This document shows positions 9,834-19,995 of a stretch of 64,000 nt of DNA, piece by piece; within the stretch, counting starts at the first letter, position 1; the number at the start of each line of letters is the position of its first letter. The translations under genes were made by a program, and so were the position numbers. This DNA is from Alphaproteobacteria bacterium. Lineage in GTDB: Bacteria; Pseudomonadota; Alphaproteobacteria; Rs-D84. The stretch lies in contig JAGBHZ010000011.1 of assembly GCA_017935245.1 (NCBI GenBank), positions 17,919-81,918 of the forward strand, given 5' to 3'. The notes beneath the pieces are model-generated. The model made no database searches. It was not told where the DNA came from and saw nothing but the letters and a program-made list of their open reading frames with translations.

Positions 9834-10346
9834 TTAATATCGGCCAATACACCCCAGGTATGAATTTCCCGTGGATTCCAGGATGTTTATAAACTGTCCC
9901 TGGTTCCGACCCGAAAACAGTGCCAATATCGTTCCCGCATCGGTCGCCAACATATCGGCAACCGTCGCAATCCCAGAATTCATTTTCTTAAAAAAACCAC
10001 TGGTCGGGTAAATTTCAGCCGCCAGAAGTTGATTTTTCCCACCCGTTTTGGCGTTTTTCTCGGATTCAATTACCATTAACTGGCATTCAGGGGATATTAT
10101 CAATTTGTCAGTTACAACCGCATCAGATCCCAATAATTCACCCCACCAACCGGTTGATTCACAAAATACAGGATAATAAATTCGTGCGTCTGGATTTTCA
10201 GCCAATATCGCCGCTAAATCTAAATCACCCGTTATAACCGTTGGCATCGTGCCGGTGGCGGTATTTATAACCTTGCGCGACAACTGGTATTCAGAATCAG
10301 TTGTTGTTTTACGTGGCCAATAAAGAATCGGAAACGTCGTTGTCAT
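9834..10346 (-). CDS. Hypothetical protein, 170 aa
   Basis: Clean ORF with no recognisable motif. Lies immediately downstream of VirB6-like paralog 1 on the same strand. Confidence 0.5.
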   Translation of the reverse strand: MTTTFPILYWPRKTTTDSEYQLSRKVINTATGTMPTVITGDLDLAAILAENPDARIYYPVFCESTGWWGELLGSDAVVTDKLIISPECQLMVIESEKNAKTGGKNQLLAAEIYPTSGFFKKMNSGIATVADMLATDAGTILALFSGRNQGQFINILESTGNSYLGCIGRY

Positions 10347-10414
10347 TGATATGAATTATATCAGATTCGGATTATACAAAAAAGGGGGGCATGTTAAATA
10401 AAGCACTTGATTTT

Positions 10415-11731
10415 TTATTTTTTCATTTCCGACCAGATTTTTTTCAAATTTGCCCATGTCGTAGTCAGGTCTTTTTTCAAATTATCATAATATTTGGTCG
10501 ATATAGAAACATTAAACAAAGTCTTGGTCAGCGCGGGAATCGATGTCATAAACATCGCAATAAACACACCCATTAAAATTATTGTAACAAGCGAATCGTT
10601 CCGCATCATCAGGCCATCCATTAGTAATTTCGAATCGCCACTTTCGATTGCCAATGCCAATCTTTGCGCACCATTCCAATGCCCAAATACCGCATTTATG
10701 AACATAATCGCAAACGATACAAATATCCCAGTTACCGCAATGCCCGCCGTACCATTAATTACATCATTAACAATTGCACGAATATTCTTGTTGTGCGAAC
10801 CCTGGGGGAAGATATTCCACCCCTTGAACAGCCAGCCCAGGAACGTTAATGGTAACAGCACTAAATCCATTGATAATTTAATGAATATCTCTAAAAAATA
10901 CAGCGGTATCGGCAATAGCGATGCAAAAAACAGCACCATCACAAGAAGTCCCGCAAAAAATATCGGAACGTTTGGAAAAAACGGAATTCCCCACAGGATT
11001 TTATGCTGATATTCGTCATTAAACGCCATATTCATCATGGTCCAACCAACCGTCATGCCAACACCCGTCATTTGATGAACATTTGCAACCTGGCACGCCA
11101 GGTTATGACGCAGTTTTGGCGAAAACGCACCCGTGGACGCCGATTCGACCGTGGCAGATACCGGATCCGCAATTGCCGTTGCAACCAAACATGAATTAAA
11201 TGCTTCGTCCCCGGTTACGGCGCGATTCATATATAGCCCAACATTAAATATCGGTTCAATTACAATATCCGTCATCAGACGCGGTAATGGCGCCAACAAT
11301 ACCGCCGCAACAACCGCCAATTTTACAAAATGTGTGGTAAATGTATTGGCCAGTGACCAACCGTCAACACCATTTGATGCATTATCAGAAAATGTTTTTA
11401 TTATTTGCCATGCAGCCCATATCGCGGTTACACCAATCGAAAATGGAATTATCGCCGTGCCGATACCATGATATGCACGGGGTAAAATCTGGGACATGGT
11501 GGCCATAATGTCTGAAAACATTTGGCATGTCCAACAACTGGAAAAAAAACGCAGTGCATCGGCCATATTAACCGGCGCCATTGAACGATATATTGAAAAT
11601 CCCGCAATTGCGCCAACGCCGGCAACCGCCCCAACAACCCATGGCGACACCGCCGCCGCACCAAACGGCAGAAATGATAAAAATGTAATCCAAAATTTTT
11701 TTAGCACCTGCATCATTTTTAAGTATATCAT
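10415..11731 (-). CDS. Polytopic membrane protein, TrbL/VirB6-like (paralog 1 of 5)
   Basis: Multiple TM segments, an N-terminal CWTC motif, an acidic...Pro TM block (FLEIFIKLSMDLVLLPLTFLGW) and a Lys-rich tail. The track start at 11743 is a TTG, so I prefer the ATG at 11731 (MIYLKMMQ), which has GGGG upstream. Confidence 0.5.
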   Translation of the reverse strand: MIYLKMMQVLKKFWITFLSFLPFGAAAVSPWVVGAVAGVGAIAGFSIYRSMAPVNMADALRFFSSCWTCQMFSDIMATMSQILPRAYHGIGTAIIPFSIGVTAIWAAWQIIKTFSDNASNGVDGWSLANTFTTHFVKLAVVAAVLLAPLPRLMTDIVIEPIFNVGLYMNRAVTGDEAFNSCLVATAIADPVSATVESASTGAFSPKLRHNLACQVANVHQMTGVGMTVGWTMMNMAFNDEYQHKILWGIPFFPNVPIFFAGLLVMVLFFASLLPIPLYFLEIFIKLSMDLVLLPLTFLGWLFKGWNIFPQGSHNKNIRAIVNDVINGTAGIAVTGIFVSFAIMFINAVFGHWNGAQRLALAIESGDSKLLMDGLMMRNDSLVTIILMGVFIAMFMTSIPALTKTLFNVSISTKYYDNLKKDLTTTWANLKKIWSEMKK

Positions 11732-11746
11732 ATTTTGCCCCAAATG

Positions 11747-11755
11747 TGATATAAT
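11747..11755 (+). promoter_or_regulatory. Extended -10 element TGATATAAT for paralog 2
   Basis: Read directly, 27 nt upstream of the ATG at 11782. A minus-strand TATAAT at 11770-11775 faces the other way towards paralog 1. Confidence 0.35.
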
Positions 11756-11781
11756 TGAAAAGATAAATAATTATAGAGAGA

Positions 11782-13053
11782 ATGCATTTATTAAAAAAGT
11801 TAGTTTTCTGCATCTTTCTGGGCATATGTGTTTTTATGCCCGATGTTGCGCATGCGGGAAAAAATCTGGTTGATGCACTGGATTTATCTCCATTTGTGCC
11901 ATTGATTTTAGACGCATTGATGATGGTTGCGACGGGAACGTATGAATTCTTTGTCGGAAATGGCGATGGGGTTATCTATATTTTTATTTGGCTGTGTCTG
12001 GGGGTCAGTATGGCAATGTACCTGATTAAAATGTACATGCCAAAAAAGGTTTTAGGTTTTGTCGGTATGTCGGGCGGTGGTGAAATGTGGGATGGCAAGG
12101 CCGAACCAATGACAATCGCACACAATATGTTAAAACCTGTTATTCGGGCGATGATTGCGGCACTGTTTTTATTACAGATAAAGCCGGTATTTGTTACCCA
12201 GTGGTTGGTAAATCCGTTTCTGCAATTTGGTTCAATCTATACACGCGCGGTTATTTCAACAATTAATGAAAGTGGTATTGTAAATTCAACACGCGTTAAA
12301 TGCCCGCCAGATATCGTTGAAAAAGCATGGATAAGTGAATCTTCGTGTGAATTCTTGACCCAGCCTGTGGCCGATTTATCGCATGCAAACAACCAGATTA
12401 TCAAGCGTGGTTTTGATTTTATAACAAATGGTTTGCGGGGGTTGATGACACTGGTACCGCATGGGGGCGAAAATATATTAAACGTAATATCTGGCTTGAT
12501 GATTGTTATCACGTTTGTTGGGTGTAATTTATTTATGGCACTGCTGATTATCCAGGCAATATTTAATTTCGGTGCGTCTTTGATGTTGTACCCGTTTAAT
12601 GTGTTGGTTTGGACACTGAAACCAAGCGACAAATGGTTTGACCCATTGCCACCATTTTCAGGAATTATTAAGGCATTACAACAACTGGTGATAACAATGA
12701 TTGCGTGCGCGTTTATATTGGGGCTGAACGTGGCGTTGATTAAGGCACTATTTCAATGGAATACATCGGTGTTTGTTGTGGCGGCACATGGTACCGCGAC
12801 CAGCAATATCCCAACCGTCGCAAACAGTGCAATGGGATTTGGACAGCATTCTATATTCTGGCTATCTGCGATACTAACGTTCTATGTCATGCAGCGTATA
12901 TTTGACGTAACACGTGAACAATTAAAATCATATACATCGGGTCTGGATGGATTATACAACCAGGTCAAAAACGACACAAAAACAACCGTTGGTAACATTA
13001 AAAAAACAGGCAAAGCCATTGGCACCGCAATTGGATGGATAAAAGGTAAATAA
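11782..13053 (+). CDS. Polytopic membrane protein, TrbL/VirB6-like (paralog 2 of 5)
   Basis: Signal-like N-terminus MHLLKKLVFCIFLGICVFMPDVAHA, several TM segments, Lys-rich tail. Confidence 0.5.
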   Translation: MHLLKKLVFCIFLGICVFMPDVAHAGKNLVDALDLSPFVPLILDALMMVATGTYEFFVGNGDGVIYIFIWLCLGVSMAMYLIKMYMPKKVLGFVGMSGGGEMWDGKAEPMTIAHNMLKPVIRAMIAALFLLQIKPVFVTQWLVNPFLQFGSIYTRAVISTINESGIVNSTRVKCPPDIVEKAWISESSCEFLTQPVADLSHANNQIIKRGFDFITNGLRGLMTLVPHGGENILNVISGLMIVITFVGCNLFMALLIIQAIFNFGASLMLYPFNVLVWTLKPSDKWFDPLPPFSGIIKALQQLVITMIACAFILGLNVALIKALFQWNTSVFVVAAHGTATSNIPTVANSAMGFGQHSIFWLSAILTFYVMQRIFDVTREQLKSYTSGLDGLYNQVKNDTKTTVGNIKKTGKAIGTAIGWIKGK

Positions 13054-14234
13054 TGAATAATGTAATTAATTCTTTTATTGATAATACCGTCCAATGTTGG
13101 GGGTGCGGTTTGTTTGACCGACTGTTTGGAATTGTTTCGGTGGCGGCGGCAACAATTTATCAACAATTGGTATCGTTGTGCACAATATTATTCTTGGCCA
13201 TGTTCACGGTATTTGTTATCAACGCAATATGGCAAAATATCAAGGCCGGCGGCAAAGACCCGTTTTACACAAAATCTATACAAAAGGTTATTATAAATAC
13301 GCTGGTTGTGTTTAGTTTGCTGGGGATGGGTGTGGCGGTACCAAAATTAATTACACGTGTTACATTTGAACCCGTGGCAACGGCCGCCCTGGTTTATACC
13401 GAAGCGTTAACCAATCAAAATTCAGACACCGTTAATGAACGGGTTACATATCAACCATCAAAAATGGAAGACAATGGTTTTTATCGCCCCCAATTACGCG
13501 ACACAATCATTATGTTAATGAAGGTAACAATTACACAATTTCAATCATACATGAAATTGGGAATCGCCGTTATGGACAGTGCATTTACATGGAAAGCATT
13601 GCTGGGGATTGGGGCACTGATTAAGCATATTATGTTGTTTGTGGTGGGACTGTATTTATTCTATGGATTTTTTAAGTTATTTGTTCGGTTTTGTTTCTAT
13701 TTTGTCGATATCATTGTTGCAATGGCGTTCTTTGCATTTTTCTTTCCAATATCGTTGATGATGATGTCATTTGATGGCGCCGAACATTTACCCAAGGTTG
13801 TAGAAAATATTAGAAAAAGTTTTAGCAAAGACCAAACAAAAAAACTAATTAATGCAATTGTCGCATTGGTATCATGCGTAATAACATACACAATTATTAT
13901 CGTTATATTGGCAAAATTCTTGTCAGACCCAGATGAAATAAATGCGCAATTAATGCAAAAAATTATGTCGGGCGAAGTCTTTGAAGCAGATTTAAACACG
14001 GAAAACCTGGAAATGCTAACATTAACCAGTGCAATAGTACTGGTTTATGTGTTAAACTTTATATACGGACAAATACCACAGATTTCAAAAATGATTCTGG
14101 GGGTATTTGGCGTTGGCGAAGAAAAACAGTTAAGCGAAAAGGCCGCAGATGACGCATTAACGTTATCAAAAAATATTATTAACACCGCGGTAAAGGTTGG
14201 AAAAACAATTATCAGTGATGATGAAAAAAAATAG
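13053..14234 (+). CDS. Polytopic membrane protein, TrbL/VirB6-like (paralog 3 of 5)
   Basis: TM1 plus turn INAIWQNIKAGGKDPFYTKSIQKVIINTLVVFSLL, and FVDIIVAMAFFAFFFPISLMMMSFDG. This paralog most resembles VirB6 as I remember it. Its start overlaps the paralog 2 stop (TAATG). Confidence 0.55.
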   Translation: MNNVINSFIDNTVQCWGCGLFDRLFGIVSVAAATIYQQLVSLCTILFLAMFTVFVINAIWQNIKAGGKDPFYTKSIQKVIINTLVVFSLLGMGVAVPKLITRVTFEPVATAALVYTEALTNQNSDTVNERVTYQPSKMEDNGFYRPQLRDTIIMLMKVTITQFQSYMKLGIAVMDSAFTWKALLGIGALIKHIMLFVVGLYLFYGFFKLFVRFCFYFVDIIVAMAFFAFFFPISLMMMSFDGAEHLPKVVENIRKSFSKDQTKKLINAIVALVSCVITYTIIIVILAKFLSDPDEINAQLMQKIMSGEVFEADLNTENLEMLTLTSAIVLVYVLNFIYGQIPQISKMILGVFGVGEEKQLSEKAADDALTLSKNIINTAVKVGKTIISDDEKK

Positions 14235-14238
14235 TTAG

Positions 14239-15678
14239 ATGACAAAGGGAAAACTGATTATCTTGGCGGTTAAAGTTATTATGGGTGCAATTGCGCTGGG
14301 GCTGGGGATTTGGTATTTGTCCAGTTCACTGGGGGGGGCATCATTAACCTATTCCAGCATGGGTAATTTTATGAACGCAATTGGCGTTGAAAATGGGGAC
14401 ATTGCAACGGCAAACGGATGCTTTATGTGCCGATATGTTGCAGATTTATTTTCTGTTATTGGTGATGCAACCGAAATGTTCTGGCGGGTGATTTTAGATG
14501 GCCTGTTGGTATTGATTGCGATTGGATTTGGAATCTATATGGTTTATACCGGCGTTGCACATGTTTGGGATGCAACAAAAAAAACCGCCGGGGACAAGGT
14601 CGAAGAAAAGAAAATCGACGCAAAGGCGTGGCTGGATAAAATCTGGAAACAGGGTATTCGGGTCGCAATTGTGGTTGGACTGTTGTGGGGTGCGACAATG
14701 GGTGGAACGGACACACTGCGCGCGATATCCCAGATTATAATCACACCCATTATGTATGTAGGCGGCGCATTAAGTATGGCCGCAACCGGTGTCGGGGACG
14801 CGGCAACATGCGCGGCAACCAATGTTAATGCGGGCGAAATTTTATCCCCGGTATTGGGTTCTTTTATGTGTATTATCGGAAACATCAACAGTGTTATGTT
14901 GGCCGGTGCCGCGGGTGGTTTTGCAATGATGAATTATTCATGGCTGGGGATGGGTGGTGGCGCATTTACATGGATTGCGGGTTTGGCCATGGTGATAATG
15001 TTTTTAATAATTGGATTTGATTTATTTTTCCAGATTTTATCAGTTGTATTTAAATTAATATTCTTAATCATCTTTATGCCGATATTCGCCGCCAGTTACG
15101 CATTCGAAGGCGCATGGAAAATGGCGGGGGGATTGGTGGACAAGGGTATAAAAATGCTTATTAACGCGGCAATAAAAATTGTCGTAATCACATTAAAGAC
15201 AATTATTATTTATGCAACAATTGCATATGCGGCGGATTCTTATTTCCCCGGTCCGGTGGACGGGTTCAGTGTTATGATGCCGCCATTATTGGGACAGACA
15301 CCACAAAATCCAGATGCACAAACACTGTCTGTTATGAACGTATTTTCAGAATGCGAACGCGTGGCATTGGCCGATGGTGAAATGGATAAAGATAAATTTA
15401 CATCATGTTTTTCCGCGCAACGCGCAATGGTGGAACGCACGTATCCGGGGGCGTTTGATTTCTTGGATGATGGATGGGATTTCTTGGTATTAATGTGCGG
15501 TTTGTTTGCGTTATATTTTCTGGTCCTGCGCAGTCGAATCGAAGGGATGTTGCCATCGGTTGGCGGCGAAGACTTTGACTTTGGCGCACAAATTAAGCAG
15601 TTGGGGAAAAATATATGGTCAATACCAAAACAAATCGCCAATGCCGTGGGCAAGGCCGTAGATGAAAAGGCAATATAA
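14239..15678 (+). CDS. Polytopic membrane protein, TrbL/VirB6-like (paralog 4 of 5)
   Basis: 479 aa with a CFMC motif, many TM segments, and a C-terminal soluble segment containing Cys residues. Confidence 0.5.
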   Translation: MTKGKLIILAVKVIMGAIALGLGIWYLSSSLGGASLTYSSMGNFMNAIGVENGDIATANGCFMCRYVADLFSVIGDATEMFWRVILDGLLVLIAIGFGIYMVYTGVAHVWDATKKTAGDKVEEKKIDAKAWLDKIWKQGIRVAIVVGLLWGATMGGTDTLRAISQIIITPIMYVGGALSMAATGVGDAATCAATNVNAGEILSPVLGSFMCIIGNINSVMLAGAAGGFAMMNYSWLGMGGGAFTWIAGLAMVIMFLIIGFDLFFQILSVVFKLIFLIIFMPIFAASYAFEGAWKMAGGLVDKGIKMLINAAIKIVVITLKTIIIYATIAYAADSYFPGPVDGFSVMMPPLLGQTPQNPDAQTLSVMNVFSECERVALADGEMDKDKFTSCFSAQRAMVERTYPGAFDFLDDGWDFLVLMCGLFALYFLVLRSRIEGMLPSVGGEDFDFGAQIKQLGKNIWSIPKQIANAVGKAVDEKAI

Positions 15679-16965
15679 GTGTTAAAACGCATCTGTAAAT
15701 TTTTATCGATTATTGTTTTAGCCATTTCATGCGTTGGTGGGGCGGCGTATGCAGAATCTAATCTGCATGTGGCGGACATTGGTGAATACGGCACATGGGC
15801 AACAGATGCAAATCGTGAAAAGATTGTTTCTGACCTGAGTCATGATATTGATAAGTTTGCCCCAGACACCAATACCCAGACCATCGATAACTATGTCCCG
15901 ATTGAAGCAAAAGTCGGCCTGGCATTTATAAACGCAATGACGCATGTGGCAAATATTATCGATAATGCGCTGGTGCGATTTGCAATCATGTTTATGATTA
16001 TCATGTATATCTTCTGGGTAATGGGTGAAGCATACAATAATATGAAAACCGGGTGGGATATTCAGAAACTGGGCAAAGATATACTGATAAAAACATTAAA
16101 AATCATATTCTGGATTACGGTGCTGAATTTTGGTCCGGCACGATTATTCACAATGATAATCACACCAATTATTATGATTGGAACGTATGCGGCGGAACTG
16201 ATACTGAACGCGGTTACAATGACCGTTGGAATTGAATTACCCGATACATGTACGGCAATCCAGAACTATGTTGCGGCAAACATCGCACCGGGCGCAACAA
16301 TTGATGCCGATGCCGCAGCGGGTATAATGTGTTTGCCGACACGACTATCAACATATATGACATCTGGAATTGGATTGGGGTGGCACTATATCAAGGCGTC
16401 AATCGGCACCAGCGCATTTGTATTCTTGCTGGGGGTGGCGATGATATGGATATTTATTGTTAACGCATGGAAATTTACATTTATGGCGTTCGGTGTAATC
16501 GCCGATATATTTATCGCAATTATAATGTTGCCGTTCACGGCACTGGCCGAAACAATCAGCAACACTTCATACAAAGGAATCCCAGGAACCGTGTACAATA
16601 GTTTTGTGGGACTGTTCAAGGCAGAATCTTTAAACGCACAATTTGCGCGTATAATTAGCGCGACAATTTATTTTATTGTGTTGGCGGTTGTTATCGCGGT
16701 ATGCGTTGCATTGATGGGCGGTGTAATTGTTAGTGATGCGACAACTGGATTGCCATCGGTTAATAATACCGGATTTATGCCATTATTCTTGACCGGGTTT
16801 TTGGTGTGGTATCTGGCCAGTCGCGCCGACGAAATCGCCAAAGACTGGGGCGGCAGTATCAAGGATGAATTTGGCAAAAAATTGCGTACCGATGTTGAAA
16901 CATTGGCAAAAGATGTCATTAAAACTGGGAAACAGGTTTGGAATGCAATTAAAAGCGATGATTAA
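15679..16965 (+). CDS. Polytopic membrane protein, TrbL/VirB6-like (paralog 5 of 5)
   Basis: GTG start directly after the paralog 4 stop. Signal peptide MLKRICKFLSIIVLAISCVGGAAYA, and FGVIADIFIAIIMLPFTALAE. Confidence 0.5.
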   Translation: MLKRICKFLSIIVLAISCVGGAAYAESNLHVADIGEYGTWATDANREKIVSDLSHDIDKFAPDTNTQTIDNYVPIEAKVGLAFINAMTHVANIIDNALVRFAIMFMIIMYIFWVMGEAYNNMKTGWDIQKLGKDILIKTLKIIFWITVLNFGPARLFTMIITPIIMIGTYAAELILNAVTMTVGIELPDTCTAIQNYVAANIAPGATIDADAAAGIMCLPTRLSTYMTSGIGLGWHYIKASIGTSAFVFLLGVAMIWIFIVNAWKFTFMAFGVIADIFIAIIMLPFTALAETISNTSYKGIPGTVYNSFVGLFKAESLNAQFARIISATIYFIVLAVVIAVCVALMGGVIVSDATTGLPSVNNTGFMPLFLTGFLVWYLASRADEIAKDWGGSIKDEFGKKLRTDVETLAKDVIKTGKQVWNAIKSDD

Positions 16966-19031
16966 GATACCGTTACAAATTGACGTGCAACCTTTTTAAT
17001 GCCGCGGTTTTTAAACGCAACCGTCAATATATTTCCATCATCTTCGATGACAACCCCGGACCCCATTTCGGAATGCGTTACAAATTTACCCTTTAACGTA
17101 TTATTCTGGACCGGTGTGGGACGCGGTTTGGGTGGCGCGTCATACGTTGGCCGTTGCAGGGTGGCATAATATGTGCGGGCGCGTGGCGCGCCACCCTGGA
17201 AATCCAGATAACGATTGTCTATTTCTGTGATAAATCGACTGGGGCAATTATATTGACGCTGGCCAAAGATGACACGGGACATGGCGTTCGAAATAACACA
17301 CATGCGCCGGGCACGCGTTATCGCAACATATGCCAGGCGGCGTTCTTCTTCGATGGCGCCTTCGCTGACGGTTTTATCATTTGGGAAAATATTTTCTTCC
17401 CATGCGGGCAAAAAAACTGTATCAAATTCCAATCCCTTGGCCGCATGAATTGTCATAATTGATACAACATTACCAATTATTTCGGCATCATTGTCATCGG
17501 CCGTCATTAATGCCGCGTGTTCCAGGAAATCTGCAACCGTATCATATTTCGCAATTACGCCATTTATCAATTCATTTATATTAGACAACCGTTCTTGCGC
17601 ATTTGAATCCTTGGATTCATGCCAGTACTTTAAATACCCAACGCGGTCCAGTAACGATTTCGTCGCATCACGTGGCGACATGGACGCCCAGTCAAAATCA
17701 AATGCAGATAAAAATTCATCGGCGGCGGCGCGCTGTTTAGCGGTAAGCGTGGCACCCCGCAATCCCGCCATTAAATTCGGACCAGATTGTTTTATTTTCT
17801 CAATCGCTTTGGGACCGATTTGACGGCTGGGCTTTCCAATTATACGCAAAAACGACATATCATCAAACGGATATGCCAATAAACGCAAATATGCAATCAC
17901 ATCACGGATTTCGACGCGATCATAGAACTTGGTCGCACCAACCAATTTATATGGAATTTGACGGCGTCCAAATTCTTCTTCGAAAAGGCGCGACAAAGAA
18001 CCCGTACGAATAAGAACTGCAAACTTGCTAAAATCTGGGGTTTCATCGCGTTGAATAAAATCTGCGATTATGCGAACTTCGTCATAATCAGACGGCAGGG
18101 TCAAAACATACACCGGTTCGCCCGCCCCCATTTCAGAAACGTTGTGCAATTCTTTGCCCAAACGGTCGCGATTATGGCGTATCAAAGAATTTGCCGCCCC
18201 CAATATATTTGATGTAGAACGATAGTTTGTTTCCAATCTGATTATCTGTGCACCGGGGTATGTTTTTTGAAAATCAAGGATATGTTTAATCTCGGCCCCG
18301 CGCCATGAATATATTGATTGGTCATCATCACCAACACAACATATATTTGGTTTTTCAACACCAGATGTTAGCATACACAACAATTCCATTTGCGCACTGT
18401 TCGTATCTTGGAATTCATCGACCAAGATATATTTAAATTGATTCTGGTAGCGCGCCAGTATATCGGGATGTTCATTAAACATTTTTAAAACGCGCAATAT
18501 AATATCCCCAAAATCAACCGCGTTCAGGCGTGCCAATTCTGCGTTATATGCGTTAAACAATTTATCTTTGCTTTGATATGCGATTAAACCGTGATCTTTG
18601 ATGCGCGAAAATTCTTCGACATAGTCGGCGGGCTGTTTCGTTGATGATGTAATCAATGATTTTATAACTGATTTTTGATCTTCTTCGCCATAGATTAAAA
18701 AGTTTTGTTGCAATCCAGCCGCCATATGATTTGCGCGCAATATACGCAAACATATTGAATGAAATGTTCCACACCATACGTCGCCAGAAAACCATGCACC
18801 AGATGACATACCCGACAATCTGGTTTTCATTTCATTGGCGGCCTTGTTCGTAAAGGTTAACGCCAACACATTCCATGGCATACATAAACCCATGTTTAAA
18901 ATGTGCGCAATGCGGGTGGTTAGAACACGCGTCTTGCCGGTACCGGCACCCGCCAATACCAACAACGGTCCATCGGTGGTAATAACAGCAGCACGTTGTT
19001 TTTCATTAAGATTTTCTAGCAATGAATCCAT
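16962..19031 (-). CDS. uvrD: UvrD/PcrA/Rep-family ATP-dependent DNA helicase
   Basis: Walker A AGAGTGKTRVLT, plus DEFQDT, TIHAAKGLEFD and VAITRAR. I chose the start at MDSLLENLNEKQRAAV. Confidence 0.85.
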   Translation of the reverse strand: MDSLLENLNEKQRAAVITTDGPLLVLAGAGTGKTRVLTTRIAHILNMGLCMPWNVLALTFTNKAANEMKTRLSGMSSGAWFSGDVWCGTFHSICLRILRANHMAAGLQQNFLIYGEEDQKSVIKSLITSSTKQPADYVEEFSRIKDHGLIAYQSKDKLFNAYNAELARLNAVDFGDIILRVLKMFNEHPDILARYQNQFKYILVDEFQDTNSAQMELLCMLTSGVEKPNICCVGDDDQSIYSWRGAEIKHILDFQKTYPGAQIIRLETNYRSTSNILGAANSLIRHNRDRLGKELHNVSEMGAGEPVYVLTLPSDYDEVRIIADFIQRDETPDFSKFAVLIRTGSLSRLFEEEFGRRQIPYKLVGATKFYDRVEIRDVIAYLRLLAYPFDDMSFLRIIGKPSRQIGPKAIEKIKQSGPNLMAGLRGATLTAKQRAAADEFLSAFDFDWASMSPRDATKSLLDRVGYLKYWHESKDSNAQERLSNINELINGVIAKYDTVADFLEHAALMTADDNDAEIIGNVVSIMTIHAAKGLEFDTVFLPAWEENIFPNDKTVSEGAIEEERRLAYVAITRARRMCVISNAMSRVIFGQRQYNCPSRFITEIDNRYLDFQGGAPRARTYYATLQRPTYDAPPKPRPTPVQNNTLKGKFVTHSEMGSGVVIEDDGNILTVAFKNRGIKKVARQFVTVS

Positions 19032-19037
19032 GATTTC

Positions 19038-19066
19038 ATTATAATACCACAAACAATTATTATCAA
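19038..19066 (-). promoter_or_regulatory. Promoter TTGATA-17-TATAAT, 6 nt upstream of the uvrD ATG (leaderless-type)
   Basis: Minus strand reads TTGATAataattgtttgtggtatTATAATgaaatcATG. Confidence 0.45.
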
Positions 19067-19092
19067 AAATATTATTTTATATGGGATTGGGG

Positions 19093-19770
19093 ATGAAACG
19101 TATTATTTGCTTTGACATTGAAACGACTGGACTGGAATATGCACGCGGCGACCGAATCATCGAAATCGGCGCAGTAGAGGTTATTGACGGCAATGTTACC
19201 GATAATAATTTCCACGAATATATAAATCCAGACGGTAAGATCATCCCGCCTGATTCATATATGGTTCATAAAATATCAAATGCTTTTTTGGAAGATAAAC
19301 CAAAAATGGCTGAAATTGCACAAAAATTCTTGGACTTTATCGGGGACAGTCCAATCGTCGCACATAACGGTTTTGATTTTGACTTTCCATTTGTTAATCA
19401 TGAATTATCAATGCTGGGGTTTCCACAAATTCCACGAACACAACAAATGGATTCAATCGTAATCGCACGTAATCGCGTTTTTGGCCCAAAAAGTTATTCA
19501 TTGGACGCATTGGCAAAATGGTATGGAATATCACTAACGGCGCGTGCAGATGCACACGGGGCGTTAATAGACTCGGAAATTCTGGCCAAGGTGTTTGTTG
19601 AATTGGAAAACACAGCACCGGCACCAGATGTATCTGAGATTATCGCCAAACAGCATGCCGCAATGTTGGCGCATCCAAAAATTGGCGCCGAATTTCCGTA
19701 TCGAAAATTTGAACCACGCCCCGAAGAATTGGCGGCACATGATGAATTTATGGCAAAAATAAATAATTAA
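19093..19770 (+). CDS. dnaQ: DNA polymerase III epsilon subunit (3'-5' exonuclease)
   Basis: Exo motifs FDIETTG, HNGFDFDFPF and HGALIDSEILAKV. Confidence 0.85.
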   Translation: MKRIICFDIETTGLEYARGDRIIEIGAVEVIDGNVTDNNFHEYINPDGKIIPPDSYMVHKISNAFLEDKPKMAEIAQKFLDFIGDSPIVAHNGFDFDFPFVNHELSMLGFPQIPRTQQMDSIVIARNRVFGPKSYSLDALAKWYGISLTARADAHGALIDSEILAKVFVELENTAPAPDVSEIIAKQHAAMLAHPKIGAEFPYRKFEPRPEELAAHDEFMAKINN

Positions 19771-19796
19771 AAAATTCCCCGAACGGGGGATTTTTT
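19771..19796 (+). terminator. Intrinsic terminator after dnaQ
   Basis: AAAAATTCCCCgaacGGGGGATTTTTT. Confidence 0.75.
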
Positions 19797-19835
19797 AAAA
19801 GCACAAAGTGCAAATGCGGAAAAAATTATCCATTT

Positions 19836-19912
19836 GTCATTGCAAGCAAACGCCAGTGAAGCATGGCAATCCAGTCCGATGCATTATCGCCACGGCTGCA
19901 CATCGCGATGAC
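19836..19912. repeat. Imperfect 77-nt palindromic element (GTCATTGC...GGCAATCC / ATTATCGCC...GCGATGAC)
   Basis: The arms pair as GTCATTGC:GCGATGAC at the ends and GGCAAT:ATTATCGCC internally. Non-coding. Confidence 0.6.
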
Positions 19913-19938
19913 ATGGGCGTCTTGGTTCCATGATTATA

Positions 19939-19961
19939 AAACTTTTATTTACCTAAGTATT
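19939..19961 (+). promoter_or_regulatory. Conserved upstream box AAACTTTTATTTACCTAAGTATT (copy 1 of 3)
   Basis: Near-identical 23-mers at 25852-25874 and 60148-60170. Abuts the -35 box. Confidence 0.6.
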
Positions 19962-19988
19962 GAACAAAGAAAAAAACTTGGTTATAAT
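19960..19988 (+). promoter_or_regulatory. Promoter TTGAAC-17-TATAAT of cysteine-rich cassette copy 1
   Basis: Spacing counted by hand. Same layout as 60170-60198. Confidence 0.65.
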
Positions 19989-19995
19989 GTATGTG